A stretch of 56,721 nucleotides of DNA from an uncultured Bacilli bacterium (GTDB lineage: Bacteria > Bacillota_I > Bacilli_A > RF39 > UBA660), in contig CALVXD010000003.1 of the NCBI GenBank assembly GCA_944368815.1, positions 1-56,721 of the forward strand. Direction: 5' to 3'. Shown here one piece after another: positions 18,626 to 29,109 of this stretch. Below the pieces are notes generated by a model that was given only the letters and a program-made list of their open reading frames with translations, made no database searches and was not told the origin of the DNA. Made by a program: the position numbers and the translations under genes. Position 1 is the first letter of the stretch. Each line of letters starts with the position of its first letter.

Positions 18626-20188
18626 ATGATACTTAGAAAACCTTATGCTTTTTTAATAAAGAAATTTAAAATAATTCATTTAATACTAAGTTTGTTAATG
18701 ATATATGTAGCATATAAAATAAATAGTATTTTAAATTTTATATATGATTATATAAACAATATTGCTAATGTCAATATAGCGTCTAGTTATATAAATTTTA
18801 TACTTTTTCTTGCTGTTGTGTTTATAATTATTATTTCGTTAATATTATATATTTTAATGCGGTATAAAAAGAAACCTAAATTATTATATTTATTTACGAT
18901 AATTACATATATAATTATATTCATTACATTATTTTTTGTTATGTTGACTTTTCAATCTATGGAAAAAGATATAATAGATCCTAAAACTATAAGATTAGTT
19001 AGGGATGTTATTAAATTAATTTTATATCCAGAATATATATTTATAATAGTTATGATTGTTAGAACTTTAGGCTTTGATATTAAAAAGTTTGATTTTAAGT
19101 CAGATATTGAAGAAATGAATATTGATATTTCTGATAATGAAGAAGTTGAGTTAAGTGTTGGAATTAATTTTGATAAAGTAAAAACAAAGGGACGTAGGCA
19201 GATTAGAGAATTAAAATATTATGTTTTAGAAAATAAAATATTTGTCTTTACTATTTTAGGCTTGTTAGGTATAGGAATAATAATTTATTTAATATTAAAT
19301 ATAAATGTAGTTAATAAAATTTATAAAGAAAATGAATTTTTTAATACCTCATATTTTACGATGAATATAACTAATAGTTATGTTACTAATAAAAATGATA
19401 CTGGTGAAAATGTATCTATTGAAGATAAATCATATATAATAATTAAATTTGATGTAAAATGTTTATATAATGATGGAATAAATTATAAATTGGATCCTAA
19501 TAGATTTTTACTAGAAGTTGCAGGAAAAACGTATACACCAACATTAAAGTATTATGAATCATTTAAAGCAATTGGTAATGGATATAAAAATCAAAATTTA
19601 AGTTATGATGAATACAATACTTATATTTTTGTTTATAATATTGAAAATGATTATTTAAAAGAAAATAAATATATTAGATATGAAGAAGGATTTGAATATG
19701 TCAATAAGGAATACATTGCTAATACTAAAAAAATAAAAATAATTCCACAAAATATAGATAATAGTTCTTTAGAAGGTACTTATAATATTAATGATACAAT
19801 AGATTTAAGTAATTCAATATTGGATGGAAGTTTTAAAATATCATCTTATGAGATAAATAAAAAATTTGTTTATGAATATCAATATTGTATTGGTGACAAA
19901 TGTGAAGTTTTAGAAAATACAATAATTAGTAGTTATGATGGCCAATTATTAAAACTAACAGTAGAAAATACCAATGATAGATTTAATAATTATGATTTTT
20001 CTAATAATTTTATAAAGGTTAAATATAAGATAGGAGAAGATGAATATACTAGTAGTTTAAATAATAAAACTCCTTCTTCTTCAACAACTACAATGTATTT
20101 TAATGTAGATAATAAAATTGTCGAAGCAGATAGTATTTGGTTAGAAATAACGATTAGAAATAAACTTTATAAATATATATTAAAATAA
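18626..20188 (+). CDS. Hypothetical membrane protein (N-terminal TM bundle, large beta-rich external region)
   Basis: About 5 hydrophobic segments followed by a Tyr/Asn-rich domain; GAGGGG RBS. Confidence 0.65.
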   Translation: MILRKPYAFLIKKFKIIHLILSLLMIYVAYKINSILNFIYDYINNIANVNIASSYINFILFLAVVFIIIISLILYILMRYKKKPKLLYLFTIITYIIIFITLFFVMLTFQSMEKDIIDPKTIRLVRDVIKLILYPEYIFIIVMIVRTLGFDIKKFDFKSDIEEMNIDISDNEEVELSVGINFDKVKTKGRRQIRELKYYVLENKIFVFTILGLLGIGIIIYLILNINVVNKIYKENEFFNTSYFTMNITNSYVTNKNDTGENVSIEDKSYIIIKFDVKCLYNDGINYKLDPNRFLLEVAGKTYTPTLKYYESFKAIGNGYKNQNLSYDEYNTYIFVYNIENDYLKENKYIRYEEGFEYVNKEYIANTKKIKIIPQNIDNSSLEGTYNINDTIDLSNSILDGSFKISSYEINKKFVYEYQYCIGDKCEVLENTIISSYDGQLLKLTVENTNDRFNNYDFSNNFIKVKYKIGEDEYTSSLNNKTPSSSTTTMYFNVDNKIVEADSIWLEITIRNKLYKYILK

Positions 20189-20267
20189 AGAATCGGTTAA
20201 TGATTCTTTATTTTAATTTTAAAAAATAAAAAAAATACTAATTATTATATTAGTATTAAAAAACAAT

Positions 20268-20341
20268 TGGAGGGGCCTACCGGATTTGAACCGGTGCTCA
20301 GGGAGTTGCAGTCCCATGCCTTACCACTTGGCTAAAGCCCC
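20268..20341 (-). tRNA. tRNA-Cys(GCA)
   Basis: Reverse complement GGGGCTTTAGCCAAGTGGTAAGGCATGGGACTGCAACTCCCTGAGCACCGGTTCAAATCCGGTAGGCCCCTCCA: cloverleaf, GCA anticodon, U discriminator, encoded CCA. Confidence 0.97.
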
Positions 20342-20445
20342 ATAACTTGGAACATATTAATTGTATCAAAAAAAATTTGTTTTGACAATATATTATATTA
20401 AAAAAAGTCTAACTTTATGATATAATTTTTATAGTGAGGTAGAAA

Positions 20446-20550
20446 ATGAAAAAGAAGGAAAGTATATTTTATATAGCAATGAAAGTTTTTTTGTTTATTA
20501 GTGTTATATTTTCATTAACTTATATATTTATGAAAAAATTTGTTTTGTAA
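20446..20550 (+). CDS. Unannotated 34-aa single-TM small protein
   Basis: MKKKESIFYIAMKVFLFISVIFSLTYIFMKKFVL; GAGGT RBS; TGaTATAAT at 20418-20426. Confidence 0.5.
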   Translation: MKKKESIFYIAMKVFLFISVIFSLTYIFMKKFVL

Positions 20551-20598
20551 TATTAGTATAAAATATGATATAATATTACTTAGAAGGAGGAGTAAGGT

Positions 20599-21048
20599 AT
20601 GTACGGATATGGTTATAGCAATGGTTATGGCAGTTCTTTAAATGTTTCAGGATTAGAAGGATTAGGAATATGGATGATTATTTCTATTATAATAGCAATT
20701 GCAGGGGCAATCGTTATTTATATTTTATTTTTAAACAAAGAAAATGAAAATAAGTTTACAGGTTTTACTGCATGGCTTTATGATTTCTTATCATTTAAGA
20801 AAATGCTATTAGAAACTATTTTAAAAGTATGTTATTTAATAACTGCAATTTATTTAACATTAGTTGGATTAGGACTTCTTTCAGTAAATATTTTATCTGC
20901 CCTTATGACAATTATTGTAGGAAATGTAGTTGCTAGAATCTTATATGAATTTTCATTAGTTTTATTAACTATATGCAGAAATACAACAGAGATTAATAAA
21001 AAATTAAAGAATCCTGAAAAATTAAAGAAAAAAGAATCTGAAGAATAG
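20599..21048 (+). CDS. Hypothetical membrane protein (DUF4282-like)
   Basis: 3 TM, DFLSFKKM and ARILYEF patterns. Confidence 0.55.
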   Translation: MYGYGYSNGYGSSLNVSGLEGLGIWMIISIIIAIAGAIVIYILFLNKENENKFTGFTAWLYDFLSFKKMLLETILKVCYLITAIYLTLVGLGLLSVNILSALMTIIVGNVVARILYEFSLVLLTICRNTTEINKKLKNPEKLKKKESEE

Positions 21049-21090
21049 TACTTAGATAACTAAGTTCTTTTCTTTTATAGAAGGTGTAAT

Positions 21091-23298
21091 ATGAAAGTAG
21101 AATTATTAAGTCCAGTAGGAAATATGGAAAGTTTATATCAAGCAGTACATAATGGTGCAGATGCTGTATATTTAGGAGGTAAATCTTTTGGGGCAAGAAA
21201 ATATGCAAATAACTTTACTAATGAAGAATTAGTGAAAGCTATTAATTATGCTCATATATATGGTGTCAAAGTTTATGTAACTGCAAATACTATTATTTAT
21301 AATGATGAAGTAGAAGAATTTGTTAATTATTTAACATTTTTACATAAGAATAATGTTGATGCTGTAATTATGCAAGATATTGGAATGATTAGTTTAATTA
21401 GAAAAGTACTTCCTAATTTAGAAGTACATGCTTCTACTCAATGTCATAATCATAATACTTATGGAATTAAATGCTTTAAAGATTTAGGAGTTACTAGAGT
21501 AGTTCTTGATAGAGAAATGTCTTTAAGTGAAATAAACAATATAAATATTGATATTGAAAAAGAAGTATTTATTCATGGAGCGTTATGTATAAGTTATTCT
21601 GGATGCTGCTTATTTAGTAGTTTAAATGGTGGTAGAAGTGGTAATCGTGGTGAATGTGTAGGATCTTGTCGTCTTCCTTATAAACTTTTAGAAAATGATA
21701 AAGTAATTGATACTAAAGGGGAATATTTACTTAGTACAAAAGAATTAAATACTTTAGATAACTTAAAAGAAATATTAGATTCAGGTATTACTAGTTTAAA
21801 AATAGAAGGTAGAATGAAAAGTCCTGGATATGTTGGTTTTATAACTAAATTATATCGAACTTTAATAGATAAATATTATAATAATAAAGAAATGATTTTA
21901 ACTAAGGAAGATATAGATAATTTAAAAGTGTTGTTTAATCGCAAATTTACTAAAGGATTCTTATTTAATGATAATATTATTAATATTGAAAGTCCTAATC
22001 ATCAGGGAATTAATTTAGGTAAAGTAGTTAAAGTTACTAAAAATAGAATATATATAAAACTAAGTAGAGTATTAAACCAAGAAGATGGAATTAGGTTTAA
22101 AGAAAGTAATACAGGAATGATTGTTAATATGTTATATGATAAACATGATAAACTAGTAAATAAAGGAAACCCTAATGATATTATTTCTATTCCTAATAAA
22201 GTTAATTTAAAAACTGATGACACTGTACTCAAAACAATTGATAAAGAATTACTAAAAAAGTTAAATAATTATGAAGAGAAGAAAATAAAAGTTGATTATA
22301 AAGTTAGTGCTAAGATAAATAAAGATTTATATATTAGTCTTAGTGATGGAATAAATAAAGTAGAAGTAGATGGAACAGTTGTAGAACCCTCTATTAATAA
22401 TCCAGTAACTAAAGAAGTAATAATAGATAAGTTATCCAAATTAGGAAATACTCCTTTTATATTAAATAATATTGAAGTGGATATAGATGATAATATATTT
22501 ATTAGTTTAAAAGAATTAAATGAATTAAGAAGATACTTAGTAACTAAATTAATAAATAAAAAAATAGAAAATAAAAAAAAGATAATAATTAATGAGATAC
22601 CTAAGATAGAAAACACCTTAAAAACAAATAAGATTAATATAAATGTGTTAGTAAGAAATGAAGAACAATTACTTGTATGTTTAAACAAAGTAGATAATAT
22701 ATATACAGATGACTATAATTTATATTTAAAATATAAGAGTAATAATATTTATTATAGAACTAGTAGAGTAATGTCATCTTTTAATGAATTTAAAAATGAA
22801 AATATTTTAGCGTCTGAATTAGGTAGTGCTTATAAATATAGTAAAAATAATAATGTTGTTAGTGATTATTTTTTGAATGTAGTAAATGACTATAGTATTA
22901 AATTTTTAAAAGAATTAGGAGTTAAAAGAGTAGTAATATCTCCAGAATGTGATTATAATAAAATTAAATTATTGAAAGATAAAGATATTGAAGTAATTAT
23001 ATATGGTAAGATGGAACTTATGATTATGAAGTATTGTCCATTAAAAGAATTATTAAATAATTGTAGAGTATGTAAAACTAATAAAAATAAATATTATTTA
23101 CAAGATAGATTAGGATACAAATATAGAATTATTCATAATAATTGTTTAACACATATAATGCATTATAAAAATATTGATTATATTAGTAATATACATGAAT
23201 ACATAAATATGGGAATTAATAATTACCGAATAGAATTATTAGATGAATCAAAAGAAGAAGTATTAAATATAATTAATAGTATTAAAAGTATGATATAA
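21091..23298 (+). CDS. U32 family protein (RlhA-like Fe-S RNA hydroxylase, with DUF3656 region)
   Basis: ELLSPVG, GADAVYLG, HASTQ, HGALCISYSGCC..S...GRSGNRGEC...CR, SLKIEGRMK. Confidence 0.85.
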   Translation: MKVELLSPVGNMESLYQAVHNGADAVYLGGKSFGARKYANNFTNEELVKAINYAHIYGVKVYVTANTIIYNDEVEEFVNYLTFLHKNNVDAVIMQDIGMISLIRKVLPNLEVHASTQCHNHNTYGIKCFKDLGVTRVVLDREMSLSEINNINIDIEKEVFIHGALCISYSGCCLFSSLNGGRSGNRGECVGSCRLPYKLLENDKVIDTKGEYLLSTKELNTLDNLKEILDSGITSLKIEGRMKSPGYVGFITKLYRTLIDKYYNNKEMILTKEDIDNLKVLFNRKFTKGFLFNDNIINIESPNHQGINLGKVVKVTKNRIYIKLSRVLNQEDGIRFKESNTGMIVNMLYDKHDKLVNKGNPNDIISIPNKVNLKTDDTVLKTIDKELLKKLNNYEEKKIKVDYKVSAKINKDLYISLSDGINKVEVDGTVVEPSINNPVTKEVIIDKLSKLGNTPFILNNIEVDIDDNIFISLKELNELRRYLVTKLINKKIENKKKIIINEIPKIENTLKTNKININVLVRNEEQLLVCLNKVDNIYTDDYNLYLKYKSNNIYYRTSRVMSSFNEFKNENILASELGSAYKYSKNNNVVSDYFLNVVNDYSIKFLKELGVKRVVISPECDYNKIKLLKDKDIEVIIYGKMELMIMKYCPLKELLNNCRVCKTNKNKYYLQDRLGYKYRIIHNNCLTHIMHYKNIDYISNIHEYINMGINNYRIELLDESKEEVLNIINSIKSMI

Positions 23299-23321
23299 TA
23301 TTTGTAGAAAGAAGGTTAATT

Positions 23322-24923
23322 ATGAAAGATAAGAAAAAGTTAATTATTAGAATTATTTTAACGATAGTATTTGCGTTAATAGTATTCTATGTTACATTAC
23401 CACCATTAAATATACATGATGCTAGTTTTTGGTTCTATTTACTATTTATATTTGTATTTTATAAATTTTTAGGGCTTACAGAAATTACTAGTGTCCGTGA
23501 ATTTATAATTACTAATACTCGTGATTTTCAAAAACAAAGTATATCAGTACTTGTAGTTATGGGAATATTTGCAGTAATTGTTCTTACAAATATAATTGTA
23601 TCACCAGTATTTAATGCTAAGAGTTACTCTAAAAGAATTACAATAGATGAAACTAAAACATTTACTGATGATATAAGTGAAGTTAATTTTAATACTTTAC
23701 CTCTTTTAGATAAAGATTCTAGTCAAAAACTAGGAGATAGGGTAATGGGACAAATGCCAGAACTTGTAAGTCAGTTTACTGTATCAGACTTATATACTCA
23801 AATAAATTATAATAATGATATTATTAGAGTTACTCCTTTAGAGTATGCTTCTGTAATAAAATGGTTTACAAATAGAAGTGATGGTGTTAAAGGATATATA
23901 ACAGTAAATTCTGTAAGTGGAGAAGCTAATTTAACTAAATTGGATAAAGGTATGAAATATATGCCTAGTGCTTTATTTAATGAAAAATTAGAAAGAAAAT
24001 TAAGATTTAGTTATCCAACAGAAATATTTGATGAAGCTAATTTTGAAATTGATAATGAAGGTAATCCTTATTGGATAGTTCCTACAGTTACTTATAAAGG
24101 AGTAGGGGTTAAAAAAGAAATTACTGGAGTCGTAATATTAGATCCAATAACAGGAGAAAGCAAAAAATACAAAGTAGAAGATGTACCTAAATGGGTAGAC
24201 CATGTATATAAAGCTGATTTAATTATTGAACAAGTAGATGATTGGGGTCAATATCAAGATGGATATATCAACTCTATATTTGGTCAAAAGGGAGTTGTAA
24301 TGACTACTGAAGGATATAATTATACTGTAATGAATGATGATGTGTATTTATATACAGGAATTACTTCAGTTGTTTCTGATGAATCTAATATTGGATTTAT
24401 ACTATGTAATATGAGAACTAAAGAAACACATTTCTATTCAGTAGCGGGAGCTAAAGAATATTCGGCAATGGATTCTGCTGAAGGTCAAGTTCAACAAATG
24501 AAGTATAAATCATCGTTCCCACTTTTAATTAATTTAAATGGAAAACCAACATATTTAATGAGTTTAAAAGATAACGCTGGACTTGTAAAAATGTATGCTT
24601 TTGTTGATGTCGCTGATTATCAAAAAGTAGTAGTAACAGATTCTTCTTTAGGAATAGAAGTGGCTGCCAATAATTATTTAACAACCATTGGTAGTGAATA
24701 TTCTGAAGATACATTATTAACTAAAGATATTACGATTTCTAAAATTAATATGGCTTTAATAAATGGAAATAGTTATTATTATATAGTAGATACTAATGGA
24801 CAAAAATATAAAGCGTATATAAATGTGGCTAGTGATATATTACCTTTCTTAGGAGAAGGAAGTAGGGTAAATATTAGTTATACTAAAGAAAATGATGTAA
24901 TAGAAATTTTAAAAATAAATTAG
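23322..24923 (+). CDS. Conserved membrane-anchored hypothetical protein
   Basis: 3 N-terminal TM then large external domain (RVTPLEY, FEIDNEGNPYW, LKDNAGLVKMYA). Confidence 0.65.
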   Translation: MKDKKKLIIRIILTIVFALIVFYVTLPPLNIHDASFWFYLLFIFVFYKFLGLTEITSVREFIITNTRDFQKQSISVLVVMGIFAVIVLTNIIVSPVFNAKSYSKRITIDETKTFTDDISEVNFNTLPLLDKDSSQKLGDRVMGQMPELVSQFTVSDLYTQINYNNDIIRVTPLEYASVIKWFTNRSDGVKGYITVNSVSGEANLTKLDKGMKYMPSALFNEKLERKLRFSYPTEIFDEANFEIDNEGNPYWIVPTVTYKGVGVKKEITGVVILDPITGESKKYKVEDVPKWVDHVYKADLIIEQVDDWGQYQDGYINSIFGQKGVVMTTEGYNYTVMNDDVYLYTGITSVVSDESNIGFILCNMRTKETHFYSVAGAKEYSAMDSAEGQVQQMKYKSSFPLLINLNGKPTYLMSLKDNAGLVKMYAFVDVADYQKVVVTDSSLGIEVAANNYLTTIGSEYSEDTLLTKDITISKINMALINGNSYYYIVDTNGQKYKAYINVASDILPFLGEGSRVNISYTKENDVIEILKIN

Positions 24924-24986
24924 AACAAATATTAGTTCGTATAATTAATGATATATCTATATATTATAAGTAATTATATGAAAAAT

Positions 24987-25021
24987 AAACAAGATAAAGT
25001 GTTCGCTTTTATCTTGTTTTT
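24987..25021 (+). terminator. Intrinsic terminator
   Basis: AAACAAGATAAA...TTTATCTTGTTT followed by T-run. Confidence 0.6.
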
Positions 25022-25320
25022 GTTTTAAAAAAAAGTTTATTTTTTTGAAAAATGTAAAATTTGTAAAATAACTTTTTTTGAAAAAATAAAAAAAGAAACA
25101 TTAACAAAAAGATTAATATATTATAATAAAATAAGGAATATTAGTGATTATACAATACTTTGTAATACTAAATAATTTTTAAGAAACATAAGAAAATGTG
25201 AAAAGGTATATTTATAAAAAATGGAAAAAAACAAAAAAATAAAAATGCGAACAAAACTATTGACTTATACTTTGTATTATACTACAATGAGAATGTAGAA
25301 AAAATAGAAGGAGTGATAAC

Positions 25321-27621
25321 ATGGTTGATATTGAAGATAAAATATTAGCTATTACTGTTGTTAAAAGAAATGGTAAAAAAGTTGATTTTGATGGCAGTAA
25401 AATTGCAGTAGCTATAAAAAAGGGTTTTGACAGTGTTGCTACTGAAGAAGAAAAAAAATATAATGAGAAAGATATTCAAAAGATTTATCAAAAAGTAATT
25501 AAAAGAATTGATAAAGAATTTGTGTCTAAAGATATAGATAAAATTAAAATTGAAGAAATTCAAGATTTAATTGAAGAAGAACTTAAGAAAAATGATTATG
25601 AAGATGTTTATGAGTCATTTTCTGAATATAGAGAAAGAAGATCAGCATCAAGACAAGCTTTTTCTGATGAAAAGAAAATGCATAAGTTTTTAAAATCTAT
25701 TGAGAGTTTAGGACTTAAGAGTGCTAGTGAAGAAGATAGTAAAAGAGAGAATGCTAATATTGATGGTAATTCAGCGATGGGGACTATGTTACAATATGGT
25801 TCTACTGTATCTAAAGAATTTGCTAAAGCATATTTGATGAAAAAGAAATTTGCAGAAGCTCATGATGCGGGAGATATACATATTCATGATATGGATTTCT
25901 TAGCAATGGGAACAACTACTTGTATGCAAATTGATTTAAATAAATTATTTAAAAATGGATTTTCAACTGGACATGGTTATTTAAGACCTCCGAAAGATAT
26001 CATTTCTTATGGGGCACTTGCAGCAATTGCAATTCAATCTAATCAAAATGATCAGCATGGAGGGCAAAGTATACCAGCATTTGATTATTATATGGCACCG
26101 GGTGTACTTATGACATTTAAAAAGCAATTTAAACAATCAATATATGAACTTTTAGATTTTACCGATTTTATTAGTTTTGTAAATATGGATAAAGTTGCTA
26201 AAGAAATAGACAAATTAACTAGTATTGAATTTGATATGAACATATTTGAAAGTATTTATAAAGATTCAAGGGAAGTTAAAAGAATATTTGAAAAAGCTTA
26301 TGATACAGCTATTGCTAAAACAGATAGAACAACATATCAAGCAATGGAAGCTTTTGTTCATAACTTAAATACGATGCATTCAAGAGCGGGCGCTCAAGTA
26401 CCATTTTCATCAATTAATTTTGGAACAGATACTTCACCAGAAGGTAGAATGGTTATCAAAAATTATTTGTTATCAGTAGATGCAGGACTTGGTAAGGGAG
26501 AAACTCCAATATTCCCTATATCAATATTTAAAGTTAAAGAAGGAGTAAACTATAATAAAGAAGATCCTAACTATGATTTATTTAAATTATCATGTAAGGT
26601 GTCTGCTAAGAGATTATTTCCTAACTTCTCATTTATTGATTCACCATTTAATAAACAATATTATAAAGAAGGAGATTTTACTACTGAAGTAGGATATATG
26701 GGATGCCGTACAAGAGTACTTGGAAATGTAGTAGATCCTAATAAAGCAGTAACTCCAGGACGTGGTAATTTATCGTTTACGACAATTAATTTACCAAGGC
26801 TTGGAATCAAACATGGTATTATTACTAATGAAAAAACTGATTTAAATGGATTTTTTGAAGAACTTGGCAATTTAATGGATATGGTAAAAGATCAACTTTT
26901 AGAAAGATTTGAAATCCAATGTAGTAAAAAAATGTATAATTTCCCATTTTTACTTGGTCAAGGTGTATGGCTAGATAGTGAGAAATTAAAACCTAATGAT
27001 AGACTTAGAAAAATTCTTAAACATGGTACTTTAAGTATAGGATTTATTGGACTTGCTGAATGCTTAAAGGCTCTTATTGGTAAACATCATGGTGAAAGTG
27101 ATGAAGCTCAAAAATTGGGAATTAAAATAATTAAATTTATGAGAGAAAAATGTGATGAATATAGTAAACAATACAATTTGAACTTTACATGTTTAGCAAC
27201 TCCTGCAGAAGGACTATCTGGAAGATTTACTGGTATAGATAAAGCTATATATGGAAGAATTAAAGGTGTAACTGATAGAGAATATTATACTAACTCATTC
27301 CATGTTCCAGTATATTATAATATATCTGTAGTAGATAAAATAAAGAAAGAAGCTCCATATCATGAATTTACTAATGCTGGACATATTAGTTATATTGAAT
27401 TAGATGGAGATACTGCTAATAATGTTGAAGCATTTGAACAAATTATTAGAATAATGAAAGAAAATAATATGGGATATGCAGCAATTAATCATCCAGTAGA
27501 TAGAGATCCAGTATGTGGATATGTTGGGGTAATTGGAGATATTTGTCCTGGTTGTGGTAGACATTCAGGAGAAGGCGTAAGCATTGAAAAAATAAATAGT
27601 ATTAATGAATGTTGTAGATAA
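25321..27621 (+). CDS. nrdD: Anaerobic (class III) ribonucleoside-triphosphate reductase core lacking the glycyl-radical tail
   Basis: ATP cone VVKRNG...FD..KI; ENAN, HIHD, TTTC, HGGQS, SRAGAQVPF, YMGCRT, TPAEG, YTNSFH, DPVCG..CPGCG; stop before RITGY. Confidence 0.92.
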   Translation: MVDIEDKILAITVVKRNGKKVDFDGSKIAVAIKKGFDSVATEEEKKYNEKDIQKIYQKVIKRIDKEFVSKDIDKIKIEEIQDLIEEELKKNDYEDVYESFSEYRERRSASRQAFSDEKKMHKFLKSIESLGLKSASEEDSKRENANIDGNSAMGTMLQYGSTVSKEFAKAYLMKKKFAEAHDAGDIHIHDMDFLAMGTTTCMQIDLNKLFKNGFSTGHGYLRPPKDIISYGALAAIAIQSNQNDQHGGQSIPAFDYYMAPGVLMTFKKQFKQSIYELLDFTDFISFVNMDKVAKEIDKLTSIEFDMNIFESIYKDSREVKRIFEKAYDTAIAKTDRTTYQAMEAFVHNLNTMHSRAGAQVPFSSINFGTDTSPEGRMVIKNYLLSVDAGLGKGETPIFPISIFKVKEGVNYNKEDPNYDLFKLSCKVSAKRLFPNFSFIDSPFNKQYYKEGDFTTEVGYMGCRTRVLGNVVDPNKAVTPGRGNLSFTTINLPRLGIKHGIITNEKTDLNGFFEELGNLMDMVKDQLLERFEIQCSKKMYNFPFLLGQGVWLDSEKLKPNDRLRKILKHGTLSIGFIGLAECLKALIGKHHGESDEAQKLGIKIIKFMREKCDEYSKQYNLNFTCLATPAEGLSGRFTGIDKAIYGRIKGVTDREYYTNSFHVPVYYNISVVDKIKKEAPYHEFTNAGHISYIELDGDTANNVEAFEQIIRIMKENNMGYAAINHPVDRDPVCGYVGVIGDICPGCGRHSGEGVSIEKINSINECCR

Positions 27622-27640
27622 AAAGAAAGGGAGAATTAAA

Positions 27641-27820
27641 ATGAAAGAAGAAGTAAGAGAAGCTAAAAAAGTTGGGGAAGGCGTTGAATTTGAAAGAATT
27701 AGAAGAATTACAGGATATTTAGTAGGTACTACTGATAGATTCAATAATGGTAAAAGAGCAGAAGAAAGAGATAGAGTTAAACATAGTACTAAAGGTATTT
27801 TTGCAGAGAATGCAGCATAA
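27641..27820 (+). CDS. Stand-alone NrdD glycyl-radical domain (59 aa)
   Basis: FERIRRITGYLVG..DRFNNGKRAEERDRVKH; own GGGAG RBS; TAATG coupling to nrdG. Confidence 0.85.
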   Translation: MKEEVREAKKVGEGVEFERIRRITGYLVGTTDRFNNGKRAEERDRVKHSTKGIFAENAA

Positions 27821-28380
27821 TGCAAATTAGATTAGCGGCAGAACTCCAAAAGGATAGTATTGTTGATGGAGAAGGCGTTAGAGCAGTTTTATGGACACAA
27901 GGTTGTTCACATAATTGTAAGGGATGCCAAAATCCACAAACACATTCTTTTGATGGAGGAGCGTTGATTGACTTTGAAGAAGTTAAATCTTGGATAGATG
28001 AATTAGAGGGGCACCAAGGACTTACATTATCTGGAGGTGACCCTTTCTTTCAACCTTATGAATGCGCAGAAATAGCAAAATATGCAAGAAGTAAAAACTT
28101 AAATATATGGTGTTATACAGGATTTACTTTTGAAGCATTACTTGAAAAAAGTAAGAAAGATCCTAATATAATGGAACTACTTAAACAAATAGATGTTTTA
28201 GTAGATGGTAGATTTATATTAGAACAAAAAAGTTTAGATTTATTATTCAGAGGATCCGCAAATCAAAGAATAATTGATGTTCCTAAAAGTTTAAATGAAA
28301 ATAAAGTATCTTTAGTAGAAAAATATTATGAAGAAAAAAATGTGGTTAATCCTTTGAAAAGAGAACATATGTATATATAA
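27820..28380 (+). CDS. nrdG: Anaerobic RNR activating enzyme (radical SAM)
   Basis: SIVDGEGVR, GCSHNCKGC, LSGGDP, VLVDGRF, RGSANQR. Confidence 0.92.
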   Translation: MQIRLAAELQKDSIVDGEGVRAVLWTQGCSHNCKGCQNPQTHSFDGGALIDFEEVKSWIDELEGHQGLTLSGGDPFFQPYECAEIAKYARSKNLNIWCYTGFTFEALLEKSKKDPNIMELLKQIDVLVDGRFILEQKSLDLLFRGSANQRIIDVPKSLNENKVSLVEKYYEEKNVVNPLKREHMYI

Positions 28381-28447
28381 GTTCTTTTTCTTTATTAAAT
28401 TTATTGCTTATTTGGAAAAAATAATATATATTAGTGATGGTGATATA

Positions 28448-29062
28448 ATGAAAATTATAAAATATAAGAAAGGCTCTAATGGTAAATATAAATTGTTTTT
28501 AGAAGATGGTACTACTTTTGATACATATGAGGATGTTATTTTAAACAATAACCTATTATATAAAAAAGAGATAGATAATAATTTATATAATGTTATAATA
28601 AATGATAATATGTATGAAGAAGCTTATAATAAAAGTGTTAGTTATATTGAAGTAAGACTTAGAAGTATTAATGAAATAAAAGTATATTTAAAAAATAAAA
28701 AATATAGTGAAGAAGTAATTGAAAGTACTATTAATAGACTTTTAAAAAATAATATATTAAATGATGAAGTATTTACTAAGGCTTTTATTAATGATAAATT
28801 AAATTTTACAACAATGGGACCATATAAAATAGAATTAGAATTAAAAAAACATTATATAGATACTAATATTATAAATACATATATAAATAATATAGATGAT
28901 GAAATTCTTTATGAGAAAATTGATAAATTAATAACTAAGTTTATGAAAACTAATAAGAAACATAAAGGATTTGTATTAAAAAATAAAATATATAATAATT
29001 TGCTTAATTTAGGATATAAATCTAGTATGATATTAGAAATATTAAATAATTATGAATTTTAA
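28448..29062 (+). CDS. recX: Regulatory protein RecX
   Basis: RLRSINEIKVYL, LNDEVF, GPYKIELELKK, LLNLGY repeats. Confidence 0.8.
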   Translation: MKIIKYKKGSNGKYKLFLEDGTTFDTYEDVILNNNLLYKKEIDNNLYNVIINDNMYEEAYNKSVSYIEVRLRSINEIKVYLKNKKYSEEVIESTINRLLKNNILNDEVFTKAFINDKLNFTTMGPYKIELELKKHYIDTNIINTYINNIDDEILYEKIDKLITKFMKTNKKHKGFVLKNKIYNNLLNLGYKSSMILEILNNYEF

Positions 29063-29109
29063 TGTATAAAAAATAAAAAAATAATAATACTAATAGTGGA
29101 GATGATATA

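Noticed and set aside
24935-24982. Long AT-rich hairpin with loxP-like TTCGTATAAT
   Set aside because: Only a partial arm match, no cognate recombinase context; low-complexity pairing
27587-27621. Programmed frameshift joining nrdD to the glycyl-radical ORF
   Set aside because: A stop follows the A-run in the downstream frame, no slippery site lies in the short overlap, and the small ORF has its own RBS
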